64,000 bases of DNA from Zootoca vivipara (Eukaryota), in assembly GCF_963506605.1 (NCBI RefSeq), contig NC_083284.1:20708001-20772000 (forward strand), written 5' to 3'. Below, one piece after another: positions 37,204 through 50,395 of this stretch. The translations under genes and the position numbers were made by a program. The notes beneath the pieces are model-generated. The model did no database searches. It saw only the letters and a program-made list of their open reading frames with translations, and had not been told where the DNA came from. Every line of letters starts with the position of its first letter. Positions within the stretch are counted from its first letter, which is position 1.

Positions 37204-39684
37204 AAAATAAAAACTTAGTTGATCTTTGTGATGTGCATGCAAACTGGGCCCAGCAGGTTCATACAAGAGCAAATGGTTATACAAATATCCTCATCCCAAA
37301 CTATTTAGGGCAAAAGGGATTAAACACCCTGCCTGGGAGGCTAATCTGCCCCCCCATTTTTTTACCGCATCAATTTTGGCAATGGCTTTCCTGTATAATG
37401 TGCTCCACCCCCACCCCACCCCCGCCATTTACGTCTTGTTTGGGGGGTTGCCTGCGTGGGAGACAAGATTAACAATAATTATCTAGAGAAAAACCACATA
37501 AAAGTCCCATGGATTTGCATTTGCTATAAATACAAACTTTATGGGTGGGAGGGATCTCAACTGCTATACTGGAACTCCTGCTGCTGCTGTTCTCAGTGAA
37601 GGTGAGAACAGATGTGCCTCACACCAGAGGTGGTGTTATCCTCTCCCTGGCATTGAGATGCAGACTTCCCCATTCAAGAAATGCATGCGCAGAATTGCAC
37701 ACTCTCTCCACTAAAGCAAGTGAGCACTCTTGTGCTTGCAGTGATAGTAAAGATGGAAACGACAGTGCCCCTGAGGGCAACCAAGTGGGTGGTTAATTTT
37801 ATTCATTCACTTATCTGAGCATTTACAAATGGGTAACTCGTTTTTAAAATGTCACAGTGGTGAAGAAAAAATAATAATAATGAAAACATCAAAAACATTA
37901 CAACATCATACAGTTCAGAACAAATGACCAATATGATGAAGATCTTCTATAGCAGGGCTTAAACATCAGCATATGAATCTGTGCTGTGCTTTAGGCTTAA
38001 AGCCACATTGGAAAGTCAGTTGGCTATTAAGAATCCTCCCTTCTAAAAAGTCACAGCTTCCAGAATATGGTCGTGGGATCACTACCATTCAGCTGAGAGA
38101 TGTAATGGTGCCCTCACTGGTGGCTGGTGCTGGTGCTGGTGCTGGGAATGGGTGGTGCTGGGAATGGGTTACTCTTTTTAAATGGTATTCATAACACTTT
38201 GATCCCATTCTTTCTCCCAGGGAGCTAAAGGTGCCTCCTCATTTATCCTCTGAAAGAACCTTGAGAGGTAGATTAGGCTGGGAGAAGATACAGTAGGTGG
38301 TACAAGTTCACCCATGGAACTTCGTGGCTCAGCAGTAGGCCTCATCCGTCGTAATACAATACTCTGATCTATCCACACTGGCTCTCAACAGCCCTTGCAT
38401 GCCTTTGAGCTCTTTCATCGTAATGTGGGGTACCTTTAACTACAACTTGAATAAAGGACTAAAGGTGAGCGTGGAGTTGTGTATCTGGTTTTAATCTGTT
38501 ATCCTCGTCTGGGAAGTATAGATTAGATCGGTCTGTGCAGGTATCACTAAACAAGATTTTCAACAGCCCTTGTCGTCATGGAAGGACCGGTCATACCACC
38601 AGGCAAAAATGAGGCAACTGACCCAAGTAGCTCCCTCCCGAGCCCCTCGCCATACCCCCATCATTGGCTATATACCCCCTAAACTACTGGGCTGCTTCAG
38701 GTGCAGTGGAAGATGCTATCCGTTTGCCAGTGCTGAAATAAGATTCAACTGCCAATCCAGTCAATGCTCGGCAAGGAATTGGGTGGAGAGGAAACACTAT
38801 CATGTCCCTTGCTTCAGGCAGCACAAATGTCTCATGCCAACTCTGGCCTAATCCAGCAGGCTCTTCTTTTGTTATTATGTTCTCTCCCCTCTTGATTTGG
38901 ATCCAAACCATTCCTGGGATTGCATGGGGGAAAGGATGCTACATCAGCTTGCCCTCCACACAAAGTATGGCCATTCAGTAAGCAACATTTTTTTACCTCC
39001 TTGGGGGAGTGTTTTTGTCTTAATTGATGAGGAATGCCAGGTTCAGATCTTCCTTCCTGCCCCTCTCACAAACAAGCTAAGTTTAGGTTGTTGTTTGGAA
39101 CCATACACTTGTCTGCTAGACACGTACAAGTATAAAGAGATCTGTAACCTTTCCTTAGTGTGGAGGACCCTGAGGTCTAAAGAGGGTTGCTGTTTAATTT
39201 AGCATGGCACTGCTTTTCTCAGCACCCGTCCTGTTCATATATATTGCTTAGTGACATTTGGGCATGAGGAAAGATTTGGCCAGTCGTGATTTGGAACCAC
39301 TTCTTGCTCATTCAGAATCAGTCTTGTGGTTTGTGAATGATCTGTGCAGAAGGGAAGACATTTGGGTGCCTTGATTTTCATGAGAAGGAATCATGAGCTG
39401 GGGTATTGAAACTTGTTCATACTTGTTTTTGGGGGATCAGAGCCAGTTAAAGTTGATTTGATGTTTTATAAGACTAGCAACATCTGCACGGAAGCCATCT
39501 GGGAAACAGTTTAGGCAGGGAGATAACTTATATTGGTATGTTGTGAACTATATTGAGAGCTGGGGTAGGGTAGTCTTTAGAGTCTATTCCACAAACAACT
39601 GGATTAAAATCCCCACTTAACTCTGGAGCTCACTGAGTTGCCATGGACCCATCTCTCAGCCCAAGCTGCTTCACAGGGTTGTTA

Positions 39685-39773
39685 CATAGCTGCCAAGTTT
39701 TCCCTTTTCTCACGAAGAAGCCTATTCAGCATAAGGGGAAATCCCTTAAAAAAGGGATAACTTGGCAGCTATG
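39685..39773. mobile_element. 89-bp hAT-type MITE inside an older SINE
   Basis: 15-bp perfect TIR CATAGCTGCCAAGTT; TSD GGTTGTTA (39677-39684 and 39774-39781). Confidence 0.9.
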
Positions 39774-39927
39774 GGTTGTTATGAGGGTAAAAATGAGTAG
39801 GTGAGAGAACTAACTGAAGGGAAGGTGGGATAAAGTTGTTGTACAGTAAAGAAATACAGTGGATGGGATCAACTGGCTCATTACTATCAGTATTTTGGGA
39901 AAGATTCAAGCACGTACTAGAAATTTT

Positions 39928-40228
39928 AAAAGGTAAAGGGGTAAAGGGTCCCCTGACCATTAGGTCCAGTTGCAGACGACTCTGGGGTTGCGTCGCTCAT
40001 CACGCTTTACTGGCCGTGGGAGCCGGCGTACAGCTTCCAGGTCATGTGGCCAGCATGACTAAGCCGCTTCTGGCAAACCAGAACAGCACACGGAAACTCT
40101 GTTTACCTTCCCGCCAGAGCGATGCCTATTTATCTACTTGCACTTTGATGTGCTTTCAAACTGGTAGGTTGGCAGGAGCTGGGACTGAGCAACGGGAGCT
40201 CACCCCGTTGCAGGACCCACAGCGCCAC
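39928..40228 (-). mobile_element. Sauria SINE with internal deletion
   Basis: Reverse complement of 31421-31757. Confidence 0.9.
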
Positions 40229-40753
40229 AATTAAAGCGGATTAAAGTTCTCTGTCACACACACACACACACAACCACTTTTTTAAAATGACTTTTTGCAG
40301 GGAAATGCATTAGAAAGTGTGGTATGATTAGCAGGAAGACATATGAACACCCCACAAACCAATCAGGGAGAATTCTGGTTTCAGTACTCTTTGTACCTGC
40401 AGAAGTTTTGGGGCAAACATACTGTATTGTCCTGTAACTTCCTACTAAAATCATGTAACTTTTCATACCACAAATGTTCCGTGTCGGGGTTGTTGTTTTT
40501 ACCTGCTTTGGTTGCAGTATAGTGATAGCGTTCCTCCAGATGCCAACAATGTGGTAACACTGAGGATGCACTGCAGTACAACTAATAAAGCAGAATGATG
40601 TTGTGGAGACCCAAGTCACAAATGTACTATTACTGTGTCAGTGACATAACCATAAATCTGGAGGAGCCCATAAGTTTTGTGCAAACAAATCAAGATAAAT
40701 GCTCAATAAACAAGTTGTCTGGAGAAGCTCCACAAGGAAGCCATTGCTTAGGT

Positions 40754-40889
40754 CAGGCATCCCCAAACTTCGGCCCTCCAGATGTTTTGGACTACAATTC
40801 CCATCTTCCCGGACCACTGGTCCTGTTAGCTAGGGATCATAGGAGTTGTAGGCCAAAACATCTGGAGGGTCGCAGTTTGGGGATGCCTG
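40754..40889. mobile_element. hAT MITE, same family as 36789-36924
   Basis: TIR CAGGCATCCCCAAACT; TSD GCTTAGGT. Confidence 0.92.
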
Positions 40890-42926
40890 GCTTAGGTGAA
40901 TGCAGGATTTATGAGTTGAATGGTGAACTTAATAAACTTCCAAGAGAAAGGGGGCACTGGAAAGTCCAGATAAAGGAGTTGGGATGCCCTTTCCAACAAC
41001 ATGCAAGGAAATAATTGCAACAGTTGAGCTATCAGTAAACACCTTCAAGAAGCTTAAATCAAAATACCAGATATTGCAGGTTCTCCAATACCCCCCTTTT
41101 AGCCCCTTGAATCCTATAGATTTCAGCAACTGAAATTAAACTTGTTGACTTCAGTACCAAGATCTGAAGCTGGATCTCTTTTCCAGGAGGCTGAGCCAGT
41201 GCAACATTTTCATTCTTGACACCAAATAAAACCTGCATCCAAATTCACCCGCCAGGTTTTCTTCACACATTTGCTGTTGACTGCTATCTTTATTTTTGCA
41301 CTTCTGAGCCATCATCTCCAGACTATTTTGGACTTGTAAGTTGTTCTGGACCACTGTGGTGGGGTAGGGGGGGAATATATTGACTAATAAAAACAAATTT
41401 TATCACCTGCAAAATATGAGATAGATTAAATGCTCATATGAAATCTTCTGAGGAGATCTTCCTCTCTCATCCAGATTGAGTTACTGTAAAGTCTTTAGGT
41501 GTAGGCTTGCCAGAAACTCTGCTACACCATTTGCAGTTGGTTCACAAAGTATCCTGTGTTTTCATCTGACCAAGAAAAGAAGCATTTCCTTTTTAACTCT
41601 TCTAATGGAGTGGGAATCATCCAAATTTGGGATTATGTCTGGAAAAGTGAACCCTAAAGTTGCACCATTGCATTGTATGAACCTCCGACTGTCACTATTT
41701 TGGAGTGAGATTCAGCTATATTGGTTGCCTCTTTGTTACTGGGCTCCATTGAAAGGCCTGAATGCTCTGAGATGAGCGTTCCTTGAGGAATATCTCCTCC
41801 TGCATGCACCTGCCTGACTCAATTAGATCTACACCAGAGCTCCTGCTTCATGTTCTCCTACAGCCTGAAGTTCAGCAGGTGGATATAAGAGGCAAGAGCC
41901 TTTTCCTTCAGCTACTGCAACGTGGGCTGTCGAATGCCATCCTTAGCAAGGCCTGTCCGGCTTCTTCATTCTTCTGCTTTTGCCATATAGAGAACAGCTG
42001 GAATTTGGGGATCTGGCACATGGACTTGTGAGCGTGGTGGCCACTTATGTATCTCCCCACCCCCACCCCAAAAGGAAATGGATCACGCAGGGAAAAGGAT
42101 TTTTCATCACCAAACATTTGTCTATGCTAAATTTATATCTACAGATACTTGCTACACTTTAAATGGAAATACATTACACCTCACCAGAGTGGGGAAGGCT
42201 GTGACCAGGCGACTTGGGAAGCAACATTCCTGTATCACTTGGTGTTCACTCTTGATGGGCAGCTTCAGGGCTTTTCCTGCTCTTCTTCATCTTTAAACTG
42301 GACTCGACAGCCATTCAAACAGAGGACCATTCTTTGTAAAGTAGGACGCATGGCTGCCCTGATTGTCAGCCTTGTTGCTCTTCTGTTCTTCTGAGTGGTC
42401 TTTTGTTTAATTGTTGGGTGATTAATTCATCTATTAAGCTATCGTCCCTAACTGATCAATTAACACATGGGAGCAAGTAAAAACCCAACTGATTGATTGT
42501 TCCTGACCCTGTGTTTTAAAGCCTGCCTGGTCCCTTTTGAAACTCTGGGCTGTCTGTTTGTGTACTTCCAAATAATTTCACTGTTCTTTGGATTTTGTGA
42601 ATTGGTGTGTGTGTGTGTGCGCGTGTGTGCTGCCTTGGTTTTCTTTTGAAAGAAAGACATGCTCTTCTATCTTATTTAGGAGTATTTTGTTTGTTTGTTA
42701 CATTTATGCACCACCTTTTCCTCCAAGGGACTGAAGGTGATGTGTATGCTCCATCTCTCCCCAATTTTATCTTCACAACAAACCTGTGAGGTAGGCTAGG
42801 CTGAGAGGTAGTCACTGGCCCAGGCTTGGTGGGGCTTGGTCCTAGTCCAACACATTACCCCACACTAGTACCCACTAACTGAAGTTTCTGAGGTGCCTTA
42901 CAATATATTTAAAACACAATAAACCA

Positions 42927-43187
42927 TTGTTGTTGTTTAGTCATTTAGTCGTGTCTGACTCTTCGTGACCCCATGGACCAGAGCACGCCAGGCACTCCTG
43001 TTTTCCACTGCCTCCCGCAGTTTGGTCAGACTCATGTTGGTGACTTCGAGAACACTGCCCAGCCATCTCGTCCTCTGTCGTCCCCTTCTCCTTGTGCCCT
43101 CCATCTTTCCCAGCATCAGGGTCTTTTCCAGGGAGTCTTCTCTTCTCATGAGGTGGCCAAAGTATTGGAGCCTCAACTTGTATGGTT
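42927..43187 (-). mobile_element. BovB 3' fragment
   Basis: LRLQYFGHLMRREDSLEKTLMLGK...; (CAA)n tail; TSD CAATAAACCA. Confidence 0.92.
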
Positions 43188-43342
43188 CAATAAACCATAC
43201 AATGATACAAAACTCATGGAAGCAGAGCAGAGGTGTATGTAAGTTTCTGTATGCCCACCCCAAACCATTCTCTGATGTTTTGACAAGTGTCATTCTACAG
43301 CTCAGTCTCCTGGCCTTGAACTGACTTTGGAAGCCGCTAGAT

Positions 43343-43776
43343 CAGGGGTCCCCAGACTACGGTCCGCGGGCCAGATGCGGCCCAATTGGCCTCCCAATCC
43401 GGCCCGCGGCGACCCCCACTGCCCGCTGCCGCCTCCCGCTCTTACGGCGCGCTGCACAGCGGTGCGCTTCCAGATCTGAAAAAAGCACCGAAAATCGTTT
43501 CTGCACATGCGTATGGGCCTCTCCCGACCCAGAAGAGGTCATTTCTGGTGCACTTCCGGGTCAGGGGAGGCCCATACGCATGCGCACAAACAATTTTCAG
43601 CGATTTTTCCGGCCTGGAAGCGCGCCACCGCACCAGTAAATATGTGTGCGCATGTGCACGGGCGCGCACTCCACCACCCTCCGGCCCACTGCGCATGCAC
43701 TCCCCCGCCCTCCGGCCCGCCGCACAATCGGCACGGCGGGCACCGGCCCCAAAGCGGGTAAGTCTGGGGACCCCTG
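43343..43776. mobile_element. Young GC/CpG-rich hAT non-autonomous element
   Basis: 16-bp perfect TIR CAGGGGTCCCCAGACT; TSD CGCTAGAT; internal inverted repeat. Confidence 0.92.
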
Positions 43777-43952
43777 CGCTAGATGGTTGACCCACACAGG
43801 CCAGGAGAACTTCCTTGCTGGGTGGCTGCTGCTGCCTCCACCTCTCTAAGCCCTAGTCCTGGAGGCAGATGCAAGAGGTGCTGGGGGAGCACCTCCCAGT
43901 TCATCATCAGCATCATTTCCTGCATTTCTTTTGAAAGAGCACCAAGGCAAGT

Positions 43953-43991
<39 letters not shown>
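43953..43991. repeat. (AAC)n microsatellite
   Basis: Seen directly in the sequence. Confidence 0.9.
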
Positions 43992-43992
<1 letters not shown>

Positions 43993-46492
43993 TTGTTATT
44001 TGCTCTCTGAGCCCTTAGGCGTGCACCTGAATGACTGAGCAGCAGTGACCTGAACAAAAGACCCTCCAGCGGTGACCACGAAGGGGCCAGGCAGGCTTTA
44101 AATAGTCCCTCCGACAAGGAACTGAAACCTGACCTGTTTTTATGTTGCCATAGCCACTTGCCTCTCTGCAAATATAATGAAAACAAACACTTCCCTTCTA
44201 TGAACAGACCAAATTGGGCTAAGCTGTACCTGGGAGGAGGAGGAGGGTAGAGGCTTCAGTTTCCCTGACCCAAACCAGGCAAGCTGGGCTTTGGACAGAA
44301 GCCTCTGCAGCCAAGCCACCCTGCCTTATTTGCCCATAAGAATCAATCTCCGTGGCTCACTTGCTTGTGTGCCATCTGTGTTTTGTTTATCTGAATGGGG
44401 TTTAATACAGTCTAATTATAACTCCTCTGAAGTGGGTCGAGAGATCTGCTATGAATAGATGCCATAAACATAAAAAAGGAGGGTTGATGGACTGGCTGAC
44501 CTGTTGGCAGAAAGTGAGCATGTCGGCCACGTGGGGCCCTTGAGCAGCTGTTATCACCTATGCGATAATAAATAACCAAAGGAAGAGGACTGGATCACAC
44601 TGGATTGGGCGGTGGCGGTGGGGGGGGGGAGGACAAGGGCGAGAAAGTAAGGCATCACTTCATGCTCAGCTCACCTGCACCAGTGATTAAACTAACAAAA
44701 CCCTTCATTCAGCAAGATGGGATTTTAATTACATTTTCACTGCAACTCTTCTTCCAAAGAGCTCAGAATGGCGCCCATGGCTTAACCCCCATTTTATCCT
44801 CCCAGCAACCCTGTAAGGCTATATCTACAGTACTTAGAAGTAAGTCCTATTGAATTTAGTGGGGCTTACTCCCAGGTAAGTGGGGTTAGGATTGCAGCCT
44901 AACTCATTGGGCTGGTTTGCACATAATGCCAAACCACGCTTTATTAAGCTGTTGTTTATTAAACTATGGCTTAACATAATGTGTAAGGCCTGCCCAGCAG
45001 CTTAACTACCATTTGTTTATGGCCATCGAGGCATGAAATAAAACCATGGTTGATTTATGAACCTTGGTTTGTTTTATGTGTTACCTGTGAACCTAGCACT
45101 CTTCCTTAACCATAGTTTCTTTGACCAGCCCACCCCAGACATGTGAGGCAAGAGCAGCTGGAAATCAAGCCAAGTATTGGAGAAACAAGCCATGGTTGGT
45201 TTGTTCCCCTGTGGGACAACTCACACTTGCCTTAGCATTATGTGCAAACCAGGACAGTATCAAACCAATAATCTGCATGGTCCATTGGGAATTTTAAGTT
45301 TGGTTTCCCACCTCAGCAGTCTAGAGAAGGGATAGCCATTTAGTCCTTGCTGGACTACAATTCCCATCACCCCTGAACATTAAGAACATAAGAGCCTGCT
45401 AGATCAGGTCAATGGCTTGTCTAGTCCAGCATTCTCTTCCCACTGTGTCCAACCAGATGCCCATGGGGAACCTGTAAGTGGGACCTGAGCACTGCAGTGA
45501 CTGCCTCTGGAGGAAGAGCATAACCATTGTGGCTGTAGCCATTGATTAACTTATCTTTCATGAATTTGTCTAAGCCATGCTGGCTGGAGCTGATGGGAGT
45601 TGCTGGAGGTACATCCTGTACTTGGGAATACCTCTGGGATAGGACCTAAATCTGCTATCCATTGCTGGCAATTCAAGCCATCAAATTGCAGAGTGTGGGA
45701 ATTGGCTTTTGATTGATATAAAGAATGTAACTACTAGGTCTGGCTCCAAAATGGGTGATCCAGTAACAAGTCACCTCCCTTGCGGGGGAGCATTAAAACA
45801 CCTTTGTCAAGGACAGAGGTGGAGATCTTCAGTTCTGCAGGGTCTGGATGCATCCCTCCAAACATTATCCAGCCCTTGGAACCCTCTATAGACCATATTC
45901 CCTTTCCAACCACACCCCATACTGGCCTTCTTTACAGCTCATTGGGTGGTTTTTGTCTGGCTGCAATGCATCCTTGAACTCTGACAATGTCTCCTGCTTG
46001 CCTAGATAGAGAAGGGTGCATGAACGTGAGTAGAAACTATCCTACTGTAAAAAATAAATAAATGTAACATTAACACTCATTGCTCCACTCACTTTTGTCT
46101 CTATCCCCACCTACCACTAGCATATGGCCCTTCTAAGCTTGTTCAGAAGGGGATGTGGCCCTTGGGCTGGAAAAAGCTCTCCACTGCTGCTCAGGGACAA
46201 AGAGTAATCACAAGTACGAGTGGGCTGGCAGTGGCAGTTTTAGGGTAATGCAACTGGTGCAGTCACCCTGGGTGCCCTCTGCAGGGTGGTGGTGGTGGTG
46301 CAAAAACAATGCTGTAGAACCAAGGGAGAGAGGCGGATTTTAGCATTGCACGGGGTGCTGCTGATATTTGAGACACAACCATGGCCTTTTACATTAGCTG
46401 GCCTTTAGTCCCTACTTTTGTCCTAAAGTAATTTTGCTTCTAGACTATGTGGCCACAGAGGATCATTTTAAAATAATGCTAAAGGAATCCAA

Positions 46493-46778
46493 TGAGCGAT
46501 CACTGGAAGGACAGATCCTGAAGCTGAGGCTCCAGTACTTTGTACACCTTATGAGAAGAGAAGATTATCTGGAAACGACCCTGATGTTGGGAAAGATTGA
46601 GGGCACAAGGAGAAGGGGAAAACAGAGGACGAGATGATTGGACAGTGTTCTTGAAGCTACTAACATGAGTTTGACCAAACTGTGGAAGGCAGTGGAAGAC
46701 AGGAGTGCCTGGCATGCTCCGGTCCATGGGGTCACGAAGAGTCGGACATGACTAAACGACTAAACAACAACAACAACA
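46493..46778 (+). mobile_element. BovB 3' fragment
   Basis: SLEGQILKLRLQYF...; (CAA)n tail; 12-bp TSD AAAGGAATCCAA. Confidence 0.93.
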
Positions 46779-48268
46779 AAAGGAATCCAAACAATGAGAA
46801 AAGTAAATTTTCTGTGAACGAGATACCATGCGCATTGGTAAGGTGTGTCTATTGCCAGTAGTGGAACAGTTTTAATTGAAGAAATATATTTGCAGCCCAC
46901 ATATGGAAATAATGCATGAATAACTTTCTAGATCAGAGTGATTTATTTTGAATGTATCAATATTTTTCAGTCTCTGAATAAAGACATTTGATATTCCTTA
47001 AAGATTTTAAGGAATGTAGTAGTGATCATCAGAATGCTCCAGTTTTTTTTAATCTAGGACATAACATTGATATATTAACATATGAGCAGTGGGGTGTCCT
47101 AGTCCGATGCAAATTCTAGTGATCACAAGAAGAGCACCAAAAGATCATGTTTGTCCTGAACAGATTCGCCTGGATCTAAAGAGTGCATTATCTTATGAAC
47201 GCTCCCTTAAACTCGCCTACAAAGCACATTATTCAGTACTGTAAGAAATACTTCCTGCCTCCTTCTCCTCCCCCAGAGGGGAAAAGAAAATGGATAAGAA
47301 GTGCCAAGTAATAGACAAGCACGAATCATGGCTTTTAATACTCCCAAATGGCCGTTCCAGGTAAGACTATGCCTCTCGAGAGGATCTCTATTTATAACCG
47401 GCATGCTGATAGGCTGTTGGCACCAGGTGTTAATGTGACAAAGTATTGGTTTTTACCATGGCTCAGATGCCTCAACCCAAAATGGAAGACAGCAGAGCTG
47501 AGATTCGTCATTCATATCAAGCGCTGGTGAGGGGGAGAAAGGAGAGAGTTGGGTGAGTCAGAATATACAGCATGCAGTGCACTGGACACAGCTCAACAGG
47601 ACTTAAAAGCCTCTTAACTCTTTTGAATGCCTTTCTGGAATGAGGGCCCTTTTCTTCTTAGAAGTCTTTCGTGCAAGGGAGCAGGGGTGGCATTTGAGGA
47701 CTTTAAATAATCAGCCAAGCTGTCAATGGCTTGGAAATGCCACTGGCGTCTCAGATTCCCACTTGTTATCTTTGTGGTTTCTGGTTACACACATATTAAT
47801 GGTGGCTAAGCCATGCCCATACAGAACTGAAGAGTAAGCTGGGGGGTGAACCAACATCTATGTCACCAGAAAGCAAGTATGTGTAGCACGCTATCATCTG
47901 GAAATATACACATCATACATTTAATGCACATTTAATGCTGTTGCTTACTGGGAAGTGGGGGGGGGAGGTTTTGGGGAGGTTGGCATGGTGCAAACACATT
48001 GGATTGGCTCCACAAGTGCACTTGCACCATGTCAACCTCCCGACTGCTTCACCCCTCTCCCTCCCAGTAAGCACAGCGATGCCGGTGAAAGGAGGCCAGG
48101 GACATGGTGGTGCCCCTTCCTCCCTGACAGCTGCCCCTGGTTTTTCCCTTCCAGGGAGGTCTGGGGGGAGTAGTCAAAGAAGTTCTAAAGTAGTATAGTC
48201 TACCCTACCATCTCGCGATTGCACCATCTCATCCTGTTGCAGGTATAGGATAAGTCACAGACATCTTC

Positions 48269-48825
48269 TGTCAGGAGTCGGAGTCAGGCAATAAAGCAAT
48301 AAATCACCTGATGTCAGTGAAGTTAACTTTTTATTCAAGGAAACAAAACCAGCTCATGCCTAGTGGTCACAGCAACACTTCCTCGCAGTTGCGAGGACTG
48401 AAGATCCCTGCCTTCCCACTGCTCACCAGTTCCTTCCCCAGCAGCCTAAGACTTTGTTGTCTTGCCTCTTGTTGCTCTGCTATCTTCATTTATCTGTATG
48501 TTCTGGGAGACCAGGAGGAAGGGAAGCTGGAGGGGGAAACTCCTTGGCTTATTCAGCCCCGTGGCCCCCTCTTCTCTCCAGCCTCTGCTTCTGCCTCTGA
48601 TTCTGCACTGCTCTCTGCCCCAGCCTCTTCCTGCTCACTAAAGCCTGTTGCCTCTTCAGCTTCCGACACTTCCTCCTCTCAGTTCCCAGCTCCCTCTTCT
48701 CCCTCTGACCACTCATCATCCTCCCACCACCAACCCTCTCTGAGCCTTCTTCTGCTGGAGTTCCCCTGGGGGTTCCCCAGCTGATTGCCTCTCACCACTC
48801 CTCGGCATCCAGCCAGTCCAGTACA
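48269..48825. mobile_element. Solo LTR (probably Gypsy-type)
   Basis: TG...CA termini with 5-bp TSD TCTTC (48264-48268 and 48826-48830). Confidence 0.75.
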
Positions 48826-49910
48826 TCTTCTCTAAACTCTGAATGGTCGGTCCCTTGTGTCCTGGCATTCAAAAGGGACTATTGGGAGGGTTGCCTGGGC
48901 TTTGCACTGGTGTGTAAGTGCCTGGGACAGGCAGCAGCAGCAGCAGCAACAACAGCTACTCATGCAGCATACCGTAAAGGTATTATTGCAGCAAGCAACA
49001 CATTATGTGTTATTATGCCACATGCCATCGGTGGCCCCTGATGCAAGAACAGATGTGCCAGCAGGGCTCTTTTTACATCCTTATGACTTGCCAGCCAGTG
49101 GGCCTGCTGACTGTGTGGCAGCAGCTACTATTTAAACACCCTGGGACAGAGATGGCCTGTTTCTCAACTCCTTCCCTCTTGACTCTGATCAGACGGAATC
49201 AAGACACTATGTCCTCTTTACTCAACTTCTCATGCAACTTCCATTTCCCCATTAGGGTGGAGCCATAACCACAGCCCTATGCAAGGGAGTTGGTTTCTCC
49301 GCAGGCTGCCTCTGCTAACCTGACAAGGTAGAACGGGAGAGCAGCAGACAACAGAGGGTGGGGTGTCAAAGGGTGGGTGGGAATTGGTTCTCTAGCATTG
49401 CTTTGAGGGGCTGTACTTCACTGCTTTGTAAAAGAAATATTCTACAACCTTCCTGTCCGCTCATAACGACGACGACCACAACTAATTTTGAATTTTAGGA
49501 ACAATTTACTTATGCAGATACTAGACTAGGGAGCATATGCAGAGTTCCTGCCATTATTCCATTTCAGGCTGCATGCTTCCTATGCAAAATTGCAACTGTG
49601 ATGCTGTCCATTATGCAGCTTCAAAGGGCCAAAAAGTGCTTTGCTAAATGCATCTTGAACCATTAGGTCAGTTTAAATTCCTTTTTCTTTTCTTTTTTTA
49701 AAAAAAGTAAGTGTGTGGTGCTTTTCATGGGGACTGTAGCAGGTGGGGAGGAAATGTGCTTTCCTCTCTTGCTGTGGTTCTTACGAAAATCTCCCTCCCC
49801 ACAGCTGCAATTAGCCCTGAGTGCTGTTAGACATCCATGGCTCTAATAAGAACTTTTCTGTTCAAGGCTAACTGTGGCTGTGTTGGTGTGTGTGTGTGTG
49901 TGTGTGTGTG

Positions 49911-50395
49911 TGTTGGATTTTCATCAGAACCATGGCAGGGGAAGGGTGGGGGAAGGACCTGTTGAATATTCATTCCCTGTGTCTGCAGTCATGGGATTGT
50001 TGTCTATCACATGACGGTATATGTTTTCATTCCACAGAGTGGGAAGTGACGAAGACAGGATGTTTTTGTTCCTTGAAGTGGGACTATTGTCCTTTGTTCT
50101 TTCTCTTTGCTGCCTGATGCTAGAGAGAGGGGTAGCCATGTTGCAGTGCTCCATGTGTGTTTATATGTAAATAAAATAGATTAGCCGAATGCTGAGTTGC
50201 TGAGGTCTGTTACGCAAACTGCAAAAACTCTGCGGATCCCTAAGCTTGCTAATGCTTTTTGGCATCAGTTGCTGTGAATTTCGTGCTGGAAAAAGCTTTT
50301 GAAGCTCCTGAACGATTGACCAGGAGGGAGAGAACATGCCAGTCAGGCATGCGTCTTTGCCACGGTCCTACTCATGAGTAGACGCTCCTGTAACA
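49911..50395 (+). mobile_element. Probable solo LTR (ERV-like)
   Basis: TGTT...AACA termini and internal AATAAA near 50170; no clear TSD. Confidence 0.45.

Larger units (their letters stand above)
37048..37227. mobile_element. Penelope-like pLTR fold-back insertion, copy B
   Basis: 59-bp inverted arms (37106-37164 and 37169-37227), one mismatch, 4-nt spacer. Confidence 0.85.

Noticed and set aside
43302-43849. Cluster of ORFs and a CpG-island-like patch (also 52843-53760 and 60794-61157)
   Set aside because: Explained by GC-rich non-autonomous transposons; TIRs and TSDs were seen for most of them.
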